Shown here: piece by piece, positions 1 to 12,102 of the stretch | Position numbering within the stretch: position 1 is the first letter of the stretch | Layout of the letters: each line of letters begins with the position of its first letter | Assembly: GCF_964355755.1 (NCBI RefSeq) | Contig: NC_092675.1 | Span: 23,284,912 to 23,348,911 of the forward strand | DNA from: Antedon mediterranea | Lineage: Eukaryota > Animalia > Echinodermata | DNA length: 64,000 nt | Direction of reading: 5' to 3' | Notes under the pieces: generated by a model | What the model saw: the letters and a program-made list of their open reading frames with translations, nothing else | What the model was told of the DNA's origin: nothing | Databases searched by the model: none | Made by a program: the position numbers and the translations under genes

Positions 1-71
1 GTGATGGTACTGCACTGTTTGCGCTGCAGGCATGACAACTGTATGAGGTTGCGGATTTTGAACAATAGTAG
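1..71 (-). pseudogene. 5' fragment of a third MS4A-like paralog (first coding exon), lacking the start codon; continues off the window
   Basis: 1-71 matches ~5365-5435 almost exactly (TIVQNPQPHTVVMPAAQTVQYH). The acceptor (tttctttag) is followed directly by 'ctact', so the ATG-containing segment present in the other copies is missing. Confidence 0.6.
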
Positions 72-891
72 CTAAAGAAATTTCCAATGCCCTATACAAA
101 AATTAAAATGAGGTATTTATTCTAGGGAATAGGCCTACGGTAGTTGCAAAATGATCTTGAAACTTCGACAACGGTGCGTTTACATAATGATAAAATACAC
201 TAGTAAACGGCCTATGATCTGATTGTGTTCATTATAGTTTGGCTTTTAATCAAGGATTTGAAGATCTATTTTGCTGCGGTTTTTTTCAGTTTATAAAGAC
301 TAGTCCAAAATGGTCCTTTTGTGTGAATTCAACTTAATTCAATTAAACTTTATAAGTAGCAATGAAAAACGAAAATGCATTGTTGATAATAGATTTACCA
401 TTTTACCGCGAACAATTCAATGAGTGTTATAACAATGTAGTGACGCATTAAAAGGCTGACAATTAGATTTACCTTAACCCGGAAACATTTAATAATTCTC
501 AAATAAACTGGAAAGCCACAATAAAACTCTATATAAATATAGTTTTGGTCTTTAACCTGTGTAATACAAAATACAATTATATATGCCTCAAAATTAACTA
601 AATAAAAAGTATATGCCATTTTTATTCATATCGAACCAGATTCCAATTAATCATATTATTATTGTTTTATTTTTTCTTTATATGTTCTCAAAAGAGTAGA
701 TTTTTACTATATAAAATAACACTAAACAAATCAAGAACATTTTTGTGCTTACAAACAGTATATTAAAGTCATTAAAACATTCAATACAACAGTAATTAAC
801 ATAATCATTAATTATTACATAAATACGTATGTGTATAAGCTGACGCTTTCGATTCGCGCGAACAAATTCGCCTAGTGGAAAATCGGCTTAA

Positions 892-1274
892 AAGTCCCAT
901 TTACACTAGGACAATAACGATCGACGATAAATATATTTTTTGACATAAAACAAAAGAAATCAGAAAGGTTTTCGTTCTAGAACTATTGGATAATCATTTA
1001 TGCTGTCTTTGAAATAAATAATATTTTTAAAATTCCAATAAAATGACGTCATGATACATAAAAACAATAACATCGTTGTATGTCACGATATCATTGCTCT
1101 TACTAATCATGACGTCATTTGATTGGACGTGTGAAAATATTATTTTCATCAATGGAAGCAGAGATGGTTTTTCTATAGTTCTAGAATGAAGGTTTTTATA
1201 TTTCTTTTATTTTATGTATGAAAAATGCATATTTGTCTATCGTCGATCGTTATCGTCCTAGTGTAAATGGGTCA
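892..1274. mobile_element. Harbinger/Tourist-like MITE in the 3' region of MS4A-like copy A
   Basis: Long inverted termini cccatttacactaggac..aacgatcgacgata / tatcgtcgatcgttatcgtcctagtgtaaatggg with TAA-like flanks; no ORF. Confidence 0.7.
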
Positions 1275-2001
1275 TAAAGATAAGTAATAATGAACAGAGA
1301 CTTTACACTGAATTTGAGAACAACATAGCAAAAATGATTAGTCTATTATGAACATGGTGTGAAGTTACTCTGTATGATTATATTATATGTTTATGGCGAA
1401 CGAACTAAATTCAGAATTGTTCTGAACCGTCACTTAAGTCTATGATTTATTTAAAACTTATATTACTGACATTTCATTATGTACAGATATAAAAGCTCAA
1501 GGCATCAGGCACTCCAAAAGGTTTAAATATTATATAAAAAAGATTATAATATGTCTTATTGCAATTGCACAAAAAAATATTTAAAACTAACATTTTATGA
1601 ACATTGTCAATACATGAATACAAAATGGAATGTAAATTTAATAAATAAGGTCATTTAAAGGGACTGAGATTATCATGTATAATGCACACTATAAAAACCA
1701 ACTAATATTTCAGTATTGAACACATTTGTTTGTTTTGTTTATAAGCATGAGATCTAAACAACAGGAAAATGTTTGGCAATATAAATATTCCTATATTGAT
1801 AATAAAAGTATTTAAACGATATATAAATCCAATGCTAAATAAAACAAAATCAATGGTTACATAATAAGCTTTATATGCAAACTAAACATGTATTTAAAAC
1901 TGCCTAAGGCCTACATTATATCATATTTTTATACAATATAAAAACTCAGACCAAAACAATTTTTTTCAGTACAACTGTCATCCTTTGTTTTATCAACTGA
2001 T

Positions 2002-5000
2002 TTATATTTTCTCTGTTTGTTGGTAACTTGGAGGGGGATAATTGCCAGCAGGAGAGGGATAATTGCCAGCAGGAGGTGGGAAATTTCCAGCAGGAGGGGG
2101 GTAATTTCCAGTAGGATAATTTCCAGCAGGATAATTACCGGGAGGTGGTTGGTATGGGTAAGCTGGTTGTCCATACTGCATTTGTTGAGCAGGGTAGCCT
2201 GGAATATAAAATAAATAAATAAAAGTTACAAACTGTGTTCTTCGTGTTAAAATAGGTGCTATGCTATTATGATAATGTCAATCAAATAGTGCTTAATGCT
2301 GAAAGCGTTTAAGCACTTCAGTTAGTTACTCCAGTCAATGGATTTTCAGCTTCCATAATGTCATAGCCACTAACAGTTACTAGGTACCCGTTTGAACACC
2401 TAAGGAAAGGAGGCAACATATTTGACTAAGAAGACAAGTAAGACCCGACAACCATTGGTCTTAAGAATAATCCAACACCTAACAAACTTTAGAACAAAGA
2501 ATAAGCAGGTACAGTAGAAGTTGTCAGAACTTAATTACGAAAGTTTGATTTTAACATACTGTATATAGATTTTTTCTAAATTGAGGTAAATCTCTAACTA
2601 GTTGGCATTAAATCAATTTAGTAATCGAAAAAATAAAATTATAATTAAAAGGATATACCTGTCTGAATGACCTGAGTAGTGGTAGTTGGCATGGCTTGGT
2701 TCGAAACAACAGTCTGATAAAATTAGAACACAAACATTATTTCAAGAATCATTATTTGTTGATGATAGTACTATATGACCTAATGAGTATAGGTAATAAC
2801 ATCAAGCCACTGATTAAAACAAAATTGAGAGTAAAACATTGTTTATTATATTGTTTGTATATTGGTTATGTTCAATATGTATGATGTGAATTTATGTAAC
2901 AAAAATAAAGTATACTGTTTCAGTTTCATTTATTTATCCAAAAAGAAAAGAAAAATATCATATATAATAAAATACATTAAAAGATGAAAAGGTTCTATCA
3001 ATAAAAACTAAAGTTTGTACGTACAAATGAATTTAACATTTAACCTGTAGGCCTACAGTATAATGGAATATTATTGATTATGTTAATTAGTATTTTTGCA
3101 CATGACCAACGTACTCGATAACCAGAGATGGTGTTTGTACGTTACGATACAGATACAGATGTTGCATCGGCAATCTTAACAAATTTAAATTTACCACAAT
3201 CTGAAATGTTGTTGATGTGTGTTTGATGAGTAGTGCAATTAAAATGTAAGTTAGTATACGGGAATGTTGTTGTGACATGTATACTTTGTAATGATATTGA
3301 GAGCATACCACAGTAGTGTTTGGTCTGGTACGACAACAACTGGTTCCTCCACACATGACAGCACTGGCATAAATAGACACAACAAATTCAACGACGGCAA
3401 TGATGGTCAGTATGATGTTGACAGCAAGCTTTCCATTCTAATACAAAGTAAAAAAATTAAATAACTATGGCTTTAATACTAATTAATAGTAATAATGTTT
3501 TTAATTTCAGCATTAGTGTTCGTAATTCTTAACCATGGGTATGTGTTTGTTATCAACTACGGTATACTTACATAATCCTCATCTTTATAATAATCAAGGT
3601 AGTAGTAGTAGTTGTAGTAATCTTCATAACAACCGTACGGATCACCTTCGTTGAGAGCTCCGGACAAATTCACACCAAAGTGAGAGACACTGCAAATGGT
3701 TGACAGGATGGACATCACCATACAACCAATAATCTAACAACATTAAAAACAAAGGAGGAATTAAAGTGGAGCAGAGTGATAAAGAGAAGACACTTTGACA
3801 TGGTGTGGACACCGTCTTTGTCTAGTCTCTGATAACCCACCTAGATGAAATTATAGAGAATGATACAAAAAGGAAAATAGGCTATGCGCATTCTGACCAA
3901 TGATCACTCTGATTGGAGAAGTGCACAAGACGTCCAGTGTTCATAATGATGATGTGATGATTAAAAGCATCTCCTTAGAAATATGGCTTTACCAACTCAC
4001 AGAGCTAAAACATTGTCATGTTTGTATATGCTATTTTTACACTAAAATTTGTATTACACTGTGTCACATTACAGCTTGAGTCAATTTTCCCAACGTATGG
4101 CTTTCTATGCATGACCATAATCTGTTCATTAAACTTTACTACCAATATTTTAATGCTACTAAAATTTGAGTACTTACTATATCATAAGGAAGGAATGATA
4201 TATCATTTTGAAATAAAAGATGGTTATTTCATATGCAAACCTATAAAAAAACTTTTACTATATAATCATAGCCTACAGTATAGGCATACTATTAGTGAAA
4301 GTAATGAAACGGACTAAAATACTCTGCCGAGAATAGGCCAACGGATTGCTTAAAGATGTATTGTCCCCCAAAAACATGAAAAATGAAGATTAATTAAATC
4401 AGACTTTGAATACCTTATTTTGTAGTTAATATAAAGTTAATCACATCCGTAGAAAAAAAAACGAAAAAAAATAATGTTTTCACTTGTAAAATGACAAAAT
4501 AAATGGTTAAATTCAACCAAAAATCCATTGGCTGGCAGCCAATTTGACCATTTTTTGCTTTAAATTACATTTTTTTCAGGTAAATACACTTTTTTTAGAC
4601 CCAATTTTTGGTCAAAGTGGATAACTATTACGTTACATTAAAATGGAATATTGAACAAAATTTGTTTTAAGAATTATTTTTTCAGGGGGACAATACATCT
4701 TTAAATAGTATTTTGCATATCACATACTTGAGTAGCTCAGCAACTTATGTACATTTTTAAGCTGTTTATACTGAACAATTTGTGTGTTTAAAACAAAAAG
4801 TGGTATTTAGACGTTCTGCTGTAGCCATACAATCCTGTTAAAAACTGTGTTCAACGTTTAGAAAATCAATACTACTGTATCTTACTACTATTATTCCTGG
4901 CACCAACCCAATATTGGAAAATAACAATAAAAAAAAAAATAATAAAATGATGCCTGTAAAATACTTACTGGGCATGACTGCTTTTGATGACCTGCAATTA

Positions 5001-5444
5001 CACCAAGAATTCCAGCAGGCAAGTAAAACTAAAAAAGAACAATTGAGCCTTAAGACAAACATGAATGAAAGGTTATAATTTGTCACAAATATTAATAATA
5101 TCTTCATTTCAAATTGGTAGCATTTAATATAGGCCTAAAGATAATAATACATTCCAGTAATCATTTCATTAAACAAGTAAATCTAAGATTTGATTTACCA
5201 CTGCTCCACACCAGATGGCCGTGACTGATGAGTTGTTACATGCTTCAATGGCAATGGCAACACCTCCGAGAATGATTGATAGTACGGCACAACTGACTTG
5301 GATCCATCCAGTGACTTTAGCACTGACATCATTCAGGTTGGCGCTTGGTAATGGACCAGATTGGTGATGGTACTGCACTGTTTGCGCTGCAGGCATGACA
5401 ACTGTATGAGGTTGCGGATGTTGAACAATAGTAGTAGTAGCCAT
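2002..5444 (-). CDS. MS4A/CD20-like four-transmembrane protein, copy A (~282 aa; exons 5444-5199, 5028-4969, 3733-3572, 3437-3309, 2713-2659, 2198-2002)
   Basis: GT-AG exons join in frame (849 nt). There are four hydrophobic helices with MS4A-type motifs (GWIQV..ILG, AIWCGAVFYLPAGILGVIA, IIGCMVMSILS, IIAVVEFVVSIYASAVMC), a Cys cluster after TM4, and a Pro/Tyr-rich tail ending PPPSYQQTEKI. Confidence 0.85.
4354..4700. mobile_element. TTAA-flanked non-autonomous DNA transposon (Kolobok-like)
   Basis: TIR agatgtattgtccccc / gggggacaatacatct with TTAA at 4350-4353 and 4701-4704. Absent from the equivalent site in copy B (~14635). Confidence 0.75.
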
Positions 5445-5777
5445 TTTTCTTTTTAAAATTCTAAAAGAAATTGATTCAAGGTCAGTTCACTATGATACTA
5501 TTTATCTATATATAAATTATATAAAAGTGAATTAAAAAAAAAAAAGTTAAAATAACTATAGTTATGTGATTTTTGCCATGCTATGTTTTTTGTACAAATG
5601 GATACCAAAGATTGTGTACTGGGCAAAATGAACTTTCACTAGAATCCCCTTCTAATTTAAAATCATATGATCAATACATTTTTTTGGCTACACTATGATC
5701 GAGCCCGGCCTTTCCCCATTGGAAATACATAGGAAACAAAATGAACTATAATAGATACAATATTAGCTTACACTTAC

Positions 5778-5850
5778 CACTATTTGTATGGGTTTAACGC
5801 TATTTTATAACAGGAAAAATGTGTGACTATTCAGTTTATTACTCCTATGT
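5778..5850 (-). other. Probable non-coding first exon of MS4A-like copy A
   Basis: Minus-strand GTAAGT donor at 5772-5777. The block is near-identical to 17488-17560 upstream of copy B. The 5' boundary is approximate. Confidence 0.55.
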
Positions 5851-6852
5851 AGTCAACAGACTGCTGCGTCATTGGTGTGGATTGCATACTAAACATGTTA
5901 TTGTTGTAATGGATCGAAAAAACAGTTGTTCAGTGATGCATGACCAAGTTGATCTATATCCTAGAGTTTCAATAGAATTCAATGTGCAGTCACTGTGATG
6001 ACAATGACTATATACGTATGTATTATTATCTATATATAAATTATGGTTAATTCTGACATAGGCGAGCACAATGGAAAAACTTCGGTACAAATCTTTGCCT
6101 TGGATACCTACCTGATCTATCTCAGATGTACCGTGAAATGTAAATGTGATAACATTAGTTTTCACTATTACGATATTGTTCCATATTTCTATCTTAGAAA
6201 GATATTATAAAGAGTTTCTTAACAACTCGACTATCAATTCTACGCGGTCAAAGCAATTTCCGGGTTTACGATGAGTTCACAAACTGGTTTCATAAGTTGG
6301 CCGTTATAGTGGCTATATAGCCATTTTAGTTTTTTTGTGTGAATGTACAGTATTATTATATTTAAAAAGAAGATAAATAAAACAATTAAAAACACAACAC
6401 TTTTGAAGATGCATCTTGAGATCTGTGAGATGAGTATTTGCAAGCGATGATATTATTTTTTTTTACTTAATACTTGTAGCCTAAATGTACTTTTAATCAA
6501 GTTTAATAACCCGGGGTGTAAATGGTTAATAATTTAAGATAAGTTTGGTGATAAAAATGTTGTAATACGTATGTTAACAGTTAAATTTAAGTGTAGGTAA
6601 ATAATAATATTACTGTATTGTGATATTCTGAGTATTATTATATTTAAAGAGAAGATAAATTAAACAATTAAAAACACAACACTTTTGTCTACATTTTTGT
6701 CTGCCTAGTAACCCTGTTTACTAATTAAGTTTAATTAGATAATTAGTTATTGACGATTAAAATGAAGTTAGGTTCAACTATTTGTTTTCCTATCATTGGC
6801 TAATCATGAAGTGCTTTAAAACTAAAATGGCTTGAAAAAACTATTAAAGAAA

Positions 6853-7729
6853 TGTTGGAATATATAGGACGTAAAGCATGTGCGGTGTAGTAGTAGACAG
6901 CGTGAGTTGCTGTAGTATAAAATTTGTATAGCCTTAGTTTTACAGCCGTCTAATAAACGTCACCTGATATTCGATTTTGTCGATAGGTGGCGGTATAGAT
7001 TACGCAATATTTGACTGCATGACGATTGGTGTGTACTGCATGACGATTGGTGTGTACTGCATGACGATTGGAATGTACTGCATGACGATTGGTGTGTACT
7101 GCATGACGTTTGATGTGTACTGCATGATGTTTGGTGTGTACTGCATGACGATTGGTGTGTACTGCATGACGATTGGTGTGTACTGCATGACGATTGGTGT
7201 GTACTGCATGACCATTGGTGTGTACTGCATGACCATTTGCGTGTACTGCATGACGATTGGTGTGTACTGCATGACCATTGGTGTGTACTGCATGATAAAT
7301 GTGAACTGAAGGCAGAGGAGGCGTTCCATAGAAAAATACGTTTCCGTTTGTTAGTGCGAGTAATCAACACGTTACCGAGAGTGAATACAAGTTTTTTTGC
7401 ACTATTTGTAACGTGAATTTGTCATGCTCACCGGGAGGAATCAACGATGTTGCTGTGTACACTCCAAGTTGTTTGTTTTAATTTGTATTTTTGTTATTGA
7501 ATTAATACAACTAAGTACAGATTTGATTTGTATGTGAATGGTTTTTTATTTAAGTGTATACAACAATATAAATTTAGTAAATAAAGTTTGATTTATAATC
7601 ACCAAACAAGTTCTTTTCTTTTTGTTTGTATTACTCTGATTTGCAAAGAGCTGTCTTAAAGCTCAGGTACAGGCATGAATTTTAAATATAATATTTGGTT
7701 AATTGTACATAAATCAAATATTTGTAACA
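6853..7729 (+). mobile_element. Probable solo LTR
   Basis: Starts TGTTggaata and ends tatttgtAACA, with a 4-bp direct repeat GAAA at 6849-6852 and 7730-7733 and an internal AATAAA near 7579. Not present upstream of copy B. Confidence 0.55.
7012..7295. repeat. 21-bp minisatellite, about 13 copies
   Basis: Unit tgtactgcatgacgattggtg in tandem with few substitutions. Confidence 0.95.
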
Positions 7730-8334
7730 GAAATCGAGACGAAAAAAACATGAATTTCCCTTAATATGGTCAAATACAAAAACCAGGAAGACTTTTTTTC
7801 AGTAGTTAGGTAGTTAACCTAATGTAATAGACGGTGAAAAAAGATGGTGGATATACGGTGGATAATTTTTGCTATAGCATGAAAATAAAAATCTGAAGTT
7901 GAATAAAAATATCAGAAATGTAATATTCTAGTTATATTACCTATATTTAGTCATCTGATAATATTTTTTACCACACCATTTATTTTTCATAGCTTTTTAA
8001 AATGCCTCTCTATTTACAAAATGTGTGTACAAAAGAATAGAGATTTTACTGTGAAATTTGAACTATTTGAACTGATATGAAAGTGCTTATTTTCAACAAG
8101 CTCGTGTAACACAAATAAATTCCCAAAAATTATGAAACATAGGGGAAACTATAGATTGATAATTATTTGAATGTATGATCAATAGAAATTTTTTGCCCGT
8201 CGTGTTGGTAGAGTACAGTATAGTTTTATTCTTGAACGTTGGTGCCGACAGACATCACAGTGTTAACGTTGGTGGCGGTATACCCTCCCGATTTTTAATT
8301 CATTTAGGTTGGAACGTCTGCAAGTAGGTAAAAT

Positions 8335-10002
8335 CGTATCCGGATATTCACCCCCTGGACATTTACCCCCCGGACAACTACCCCCCGGACAACCACCACC
8401 TGGACCACTACCCACTTAGGACAACTACCCCTTTAGGACAACTACCCCCCGGACAAATACCCCCCGGACAACTACCCCCTTAGGACAACAACCCCCTTAG
8501 GACAACTACCCCCTGGACAACTACCCCCCGGACAATTGAATTACCCCCTAGGAACAATTACCCCCCGGACAATTACCACCCAGAAAACTATCCCTTTAGA
8601 ACACCCTAACCACCCAGACCATTCAACAACCTGACTCTGCAACAGTGTATAATAGGAATTAATAACTATATTTTAATTCGTTACTTTGACGAATTACTAT
8701 TCATTATTGTAAACAAAAGTAAAAGATTGAACATAAATATAGCCTGGTATAAACTGAAGATTGTCACACATGATCATAGGATAGTCGAACGTATTATATA
8801 GTACTCCCTGTATTTACTGTAAAGACTGGGTTCGCTAATAATAATAATAATTTTTGCGTCAGGACAATGCTTCGATAACCACTGGTCTTAAAAGAATTAA
8901 TTTTTGTCTAAAATTTGTCATATATGTATTTTTGTACACTTGAAGAATAATATCACTTTTGATATTTGACCTCAATGTTCACTCACCGAATAAACGTCGA
9001 TCTTTAAATAAATTCCCCTCAAATAAACGGTGACCATGTCACTCCCATGAAACATCATATGGAATAATCGGCGTCTATTTCCATTAGATTATACCCCCTC
9101 CCATTGAATAAACAACTTTCTTCCAATAAATGTCCACCTAAAAACCACCTAAACAATAAACAGCCCAGGCCGTTTTTTCAATAAATACGGTACTTTAAAT
9201 CTAGCGCATCTAGGGTCTAGCGTGCTGTTAAACAGAATAATCGGTTAAAAACGGGTGTTTCGAAACTAGAGACCCGAGACCAGAGACCCAATACGAAAAG
9301 GGAGACCTAAATATACGAAAAGGGAGACCCACGTACGAAAAGGGAGACCCCACTATACGAAAAGGGAGACCCCACTATACGAAAAGGGAGACCCTAATAT
9401 ACGAAAAGGGAGACCTAAATATACGAAAAGGGAGACCCAGTTATACGAAAGGGAGACCCAAATATACAAAATGGGAGACCCAAATATACGAAAAGGGAGA
9501 CCCACTATAAGAAAGGGAGACCCCACTATAAGAAAAGGGAGACCCCACTATACGAAAAGAGAGACCACACTATACGAAAAGGGAGACCCAAATATACGAA
9601 AAGGGAGACCCAAATATAGGTATCCCTTTTCGTATTGGGTCTCGTGTCAGGTCTCTGGTCTCGGGTCTCTAGTTTCGAAACACCCGTTAAAAACAGATGA
9701 TTTCATTTTTACAGAAACCGGTCCTATATATTTGTCTACTTTTGGATGGGGGGGGGGGGGGGCGGGTAGTTGACCGGGGGGTAGTTGACCGGGGGGTAGT
9801 TACCCGGGGGGTAGTTATCCTAAGGGGGTAGTTGTCCTAAGGGAGTGGTTGTCCGGGGGGTAGTTGTCCGGGGGGGTTGTTATCCTAAGGGGGTAGTTGT
9901 CCTAAGGGGGTAGTTGTCCGGGGGTAGTTGTCCTAAGGGGGTAGTTGTCCGGGTGGTAAACATCCGGGGGGTAACTGTCTAGGGGGTAGGTGTCCTAGAA
10001 CC
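8335..10002. mobile_element. Foldback/MULE-like non-autonomous element with subrepeat-built long TIRs
   Basis: Left arm is a tandem of ggacaactaccccc (8340-8600) and the right arm is its reverse complement (9770-10002). Perfect 9-bp TSD aggtaaaat at 8326-8334 and 10003-10011. Confidence 0.85.
9253..9685. mobile_element. MULE-like MITE nested inside the foldback element, with an internal ~23-bp tandem repeat
   Basis: Perfect TIR gggtgtttcgaaactagagacccgagaccagagacc and 9-bp TSD gttaaaaac (9244-9252, 9686-9694). Internal unit is tatacgaaaagggagaccc. Confidence 0.9.
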
Positions 10003-11034
10003 AGGTAAAATGTATGGGCCCTTGGGGATAAACTTTACAATACTGTAGTTAGTTATAAGTAGTGTATTATTATAAGAAGATAAATAAAACAATTAAAACA
10101 CAACACTTTATCTACCTTTTTGTCTGCCTAATGTAACCCTGTTTACTAATTAAGTTGAGTTAGATAATTAGTTATTGACGATTAAAACAAATTTAGGTTC
10201 AACGATTTGTTTTCCAATCGTGGTATACACTGGCTGATGGATGCCGATGCTGAACAATACCCGCACATAATAGGAGGATGCTTCGCATCTTCTTCTACAA
10301 TAGTTGATTTATTGGCCCTTGGGGGTAAACTTTACAATACTGTAGTTAGTTAAGTAGTTTGACAATACTGTAAATACATATTAACCATTTTTGGTAACCA
10401 TTTGAAGTGCACATTTAGATATAAAGACATATACAAATAGTTGCTCTCTACATTTAACAAAAATATATAAACGTAGTACTAAGTAGCGGTGTATCATTAC
10501 TGTTACATATTTTATAGATATTACCCTTTTTTTAGACTATGACAGTTTGAACAAAGTATTAAATCGATGTTTAATTATTATTTAAAAATTGTTCGTCTTT
10601 GCACCTATTCTCTTCACCATCCATAGATTCCAACTGTCCCGCTTTCAGTGGGAGTGTCCCGCTTTTTATGCTCTCTTCCGCTGTCCCACCCCAACCCTTG
10701 AATTGTCCCGCTTTTAAAATATTTTATGATGAAAAAAAAATAACGAAATGATATTTTGAAAACTACCAAGATTGAATGTCGATACGCCAAATTCTACTAT
10801 TAGGCCTAGTACATTACATAAAAATGTTATCTCAAAAGTGTATATTTTTATGATATAAAAAAACACTAAACAAATCAACTTCAAGCACATTTTGTGCTTT
10901 CAAACAGTATATTAAAGTCATTAAAACATTCAATACAACAGTAATTAAGATATTCATTAGTTATAATACGCATGCGTATAAGCTGACGCTTTCGATTCGC
11001 GCGAACAAATTAGCATAGTGGAAAATAGGCTTAA

Positions 11035-11423
11035 AGACCCATTTACACTAGGACCATAACGATCGACGATAAATATATAATGCATTTTTATTTACATAAA
11101 ACAACATTAGAAAGGTTTTCGTTCTAGAACTATAGGATAATCATTTATGCTGTCTTTGATATATATAATATTTAAAAAATTCCAATCAAATGACGTCACG
11201 ATAAATAAAAACAATAAAATCGTTGTATTGTCACGATGTCATTGCTCTTACTAATCATGACGTCATTTCACTGGACGTGTGACAATATTATTTTCATCAA
11301 AGAAAGCATAGATTTAGGTTTTTCTATAGTTCTAGAATAAAAAGTGTTTATATTTATTTTATGTATGAAAAATGCATATTTGTCTATCGTCGATAGTTAT
11401 CGTCCTACAGTGTAAATGGGCCT
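11035..11423. mobile_element. Harbinger/Tourist-like MITE, duplicated copy of 892-1274
   Basis: Same TIRs and same flanks as 892-1274, so the insertion predates the gene duplication. Confidence 0.7.
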
Positions 11424-12102
11424 TAAAGATAAGTAATAATGAACAGAGACTTTACACTGAATTTGAGAACAACATAGCGAAAATGATTAGTCTATTATGA
11501 GCATGGTGTGAAGTTACCCTGTATGATTATACTGTATTATATGTTTATGGCGAACGAACTAAATTCAGAATTGTTCTGAACCGTCACTTAAGTCTATGAT
11601 TTATTTAAAACTGATATTACTGACATTTCATTATGTACAGATATAAAAGCGCAAGGCATCAGGCACTCCAAAAGGTAAAATATTATAAAAAAAAGATTAT
11701 AATATCTCTCATTGCAATTGCATAAAAGAAATATGAAAAACTAAAATGTTATCAACATCGTCAATACATGAATACAAAACAATAGAAAAATAAGGTGATT
11801 TAAAGGGACTGAGATTATCATGTATAACACACACTATAACAATCAACTATTATTTCAGTATTGAACACATTTGTTTGTTCTAAACAACAGGAAAATGTTT
11901 GGCAATAATAAACGATATATAAATCCAATGCTATATAAAACAAACTCAATGGTTACATAATAAGCTATATGTGCAAACTAAACATGTATTAAAAACTGCC
12001 TATAGACCTACTTTATATAATTTTTTATATAGAATATAAAAACGCTGACCAAAACAATTTTTTTTCCAAGTACAACTGTCATCCTTTGTTTTATTATCTG
12101 AT

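Noticed and set aside
1929-2214. ORF-track proteins MDNQLTH.. and MLVTWRG.. (also 12000-12239)
   Set aside because: These are the wrong frame or strand of the MS4A-like last exon.
7012-7295. Possible CRISPR array (also considered for 9290-9620 and 15446-15789)
   Set aside because: The repeats are contiguous with no unique spacers, there are no cas genes, and the context is eukaryotic.
6960-7370. Three overlapping repetitive ORFs (CSTHQSS, VYCMTIG, MQYTPIV)
   Set aside because: They are by-products of the 21-bp minisatellite inside a probable LTR, with no splice or domain support.
9471-9773. 100-aa ORF MGDPNIRKG..
   Set aside because: It is a translation of the MITE internal tandem repeat.
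10620-10715. tgtcccgc-repeat resembling a hAT MITE end
   Set aside because: Only one end is visible, with no matching TIR or TSD.
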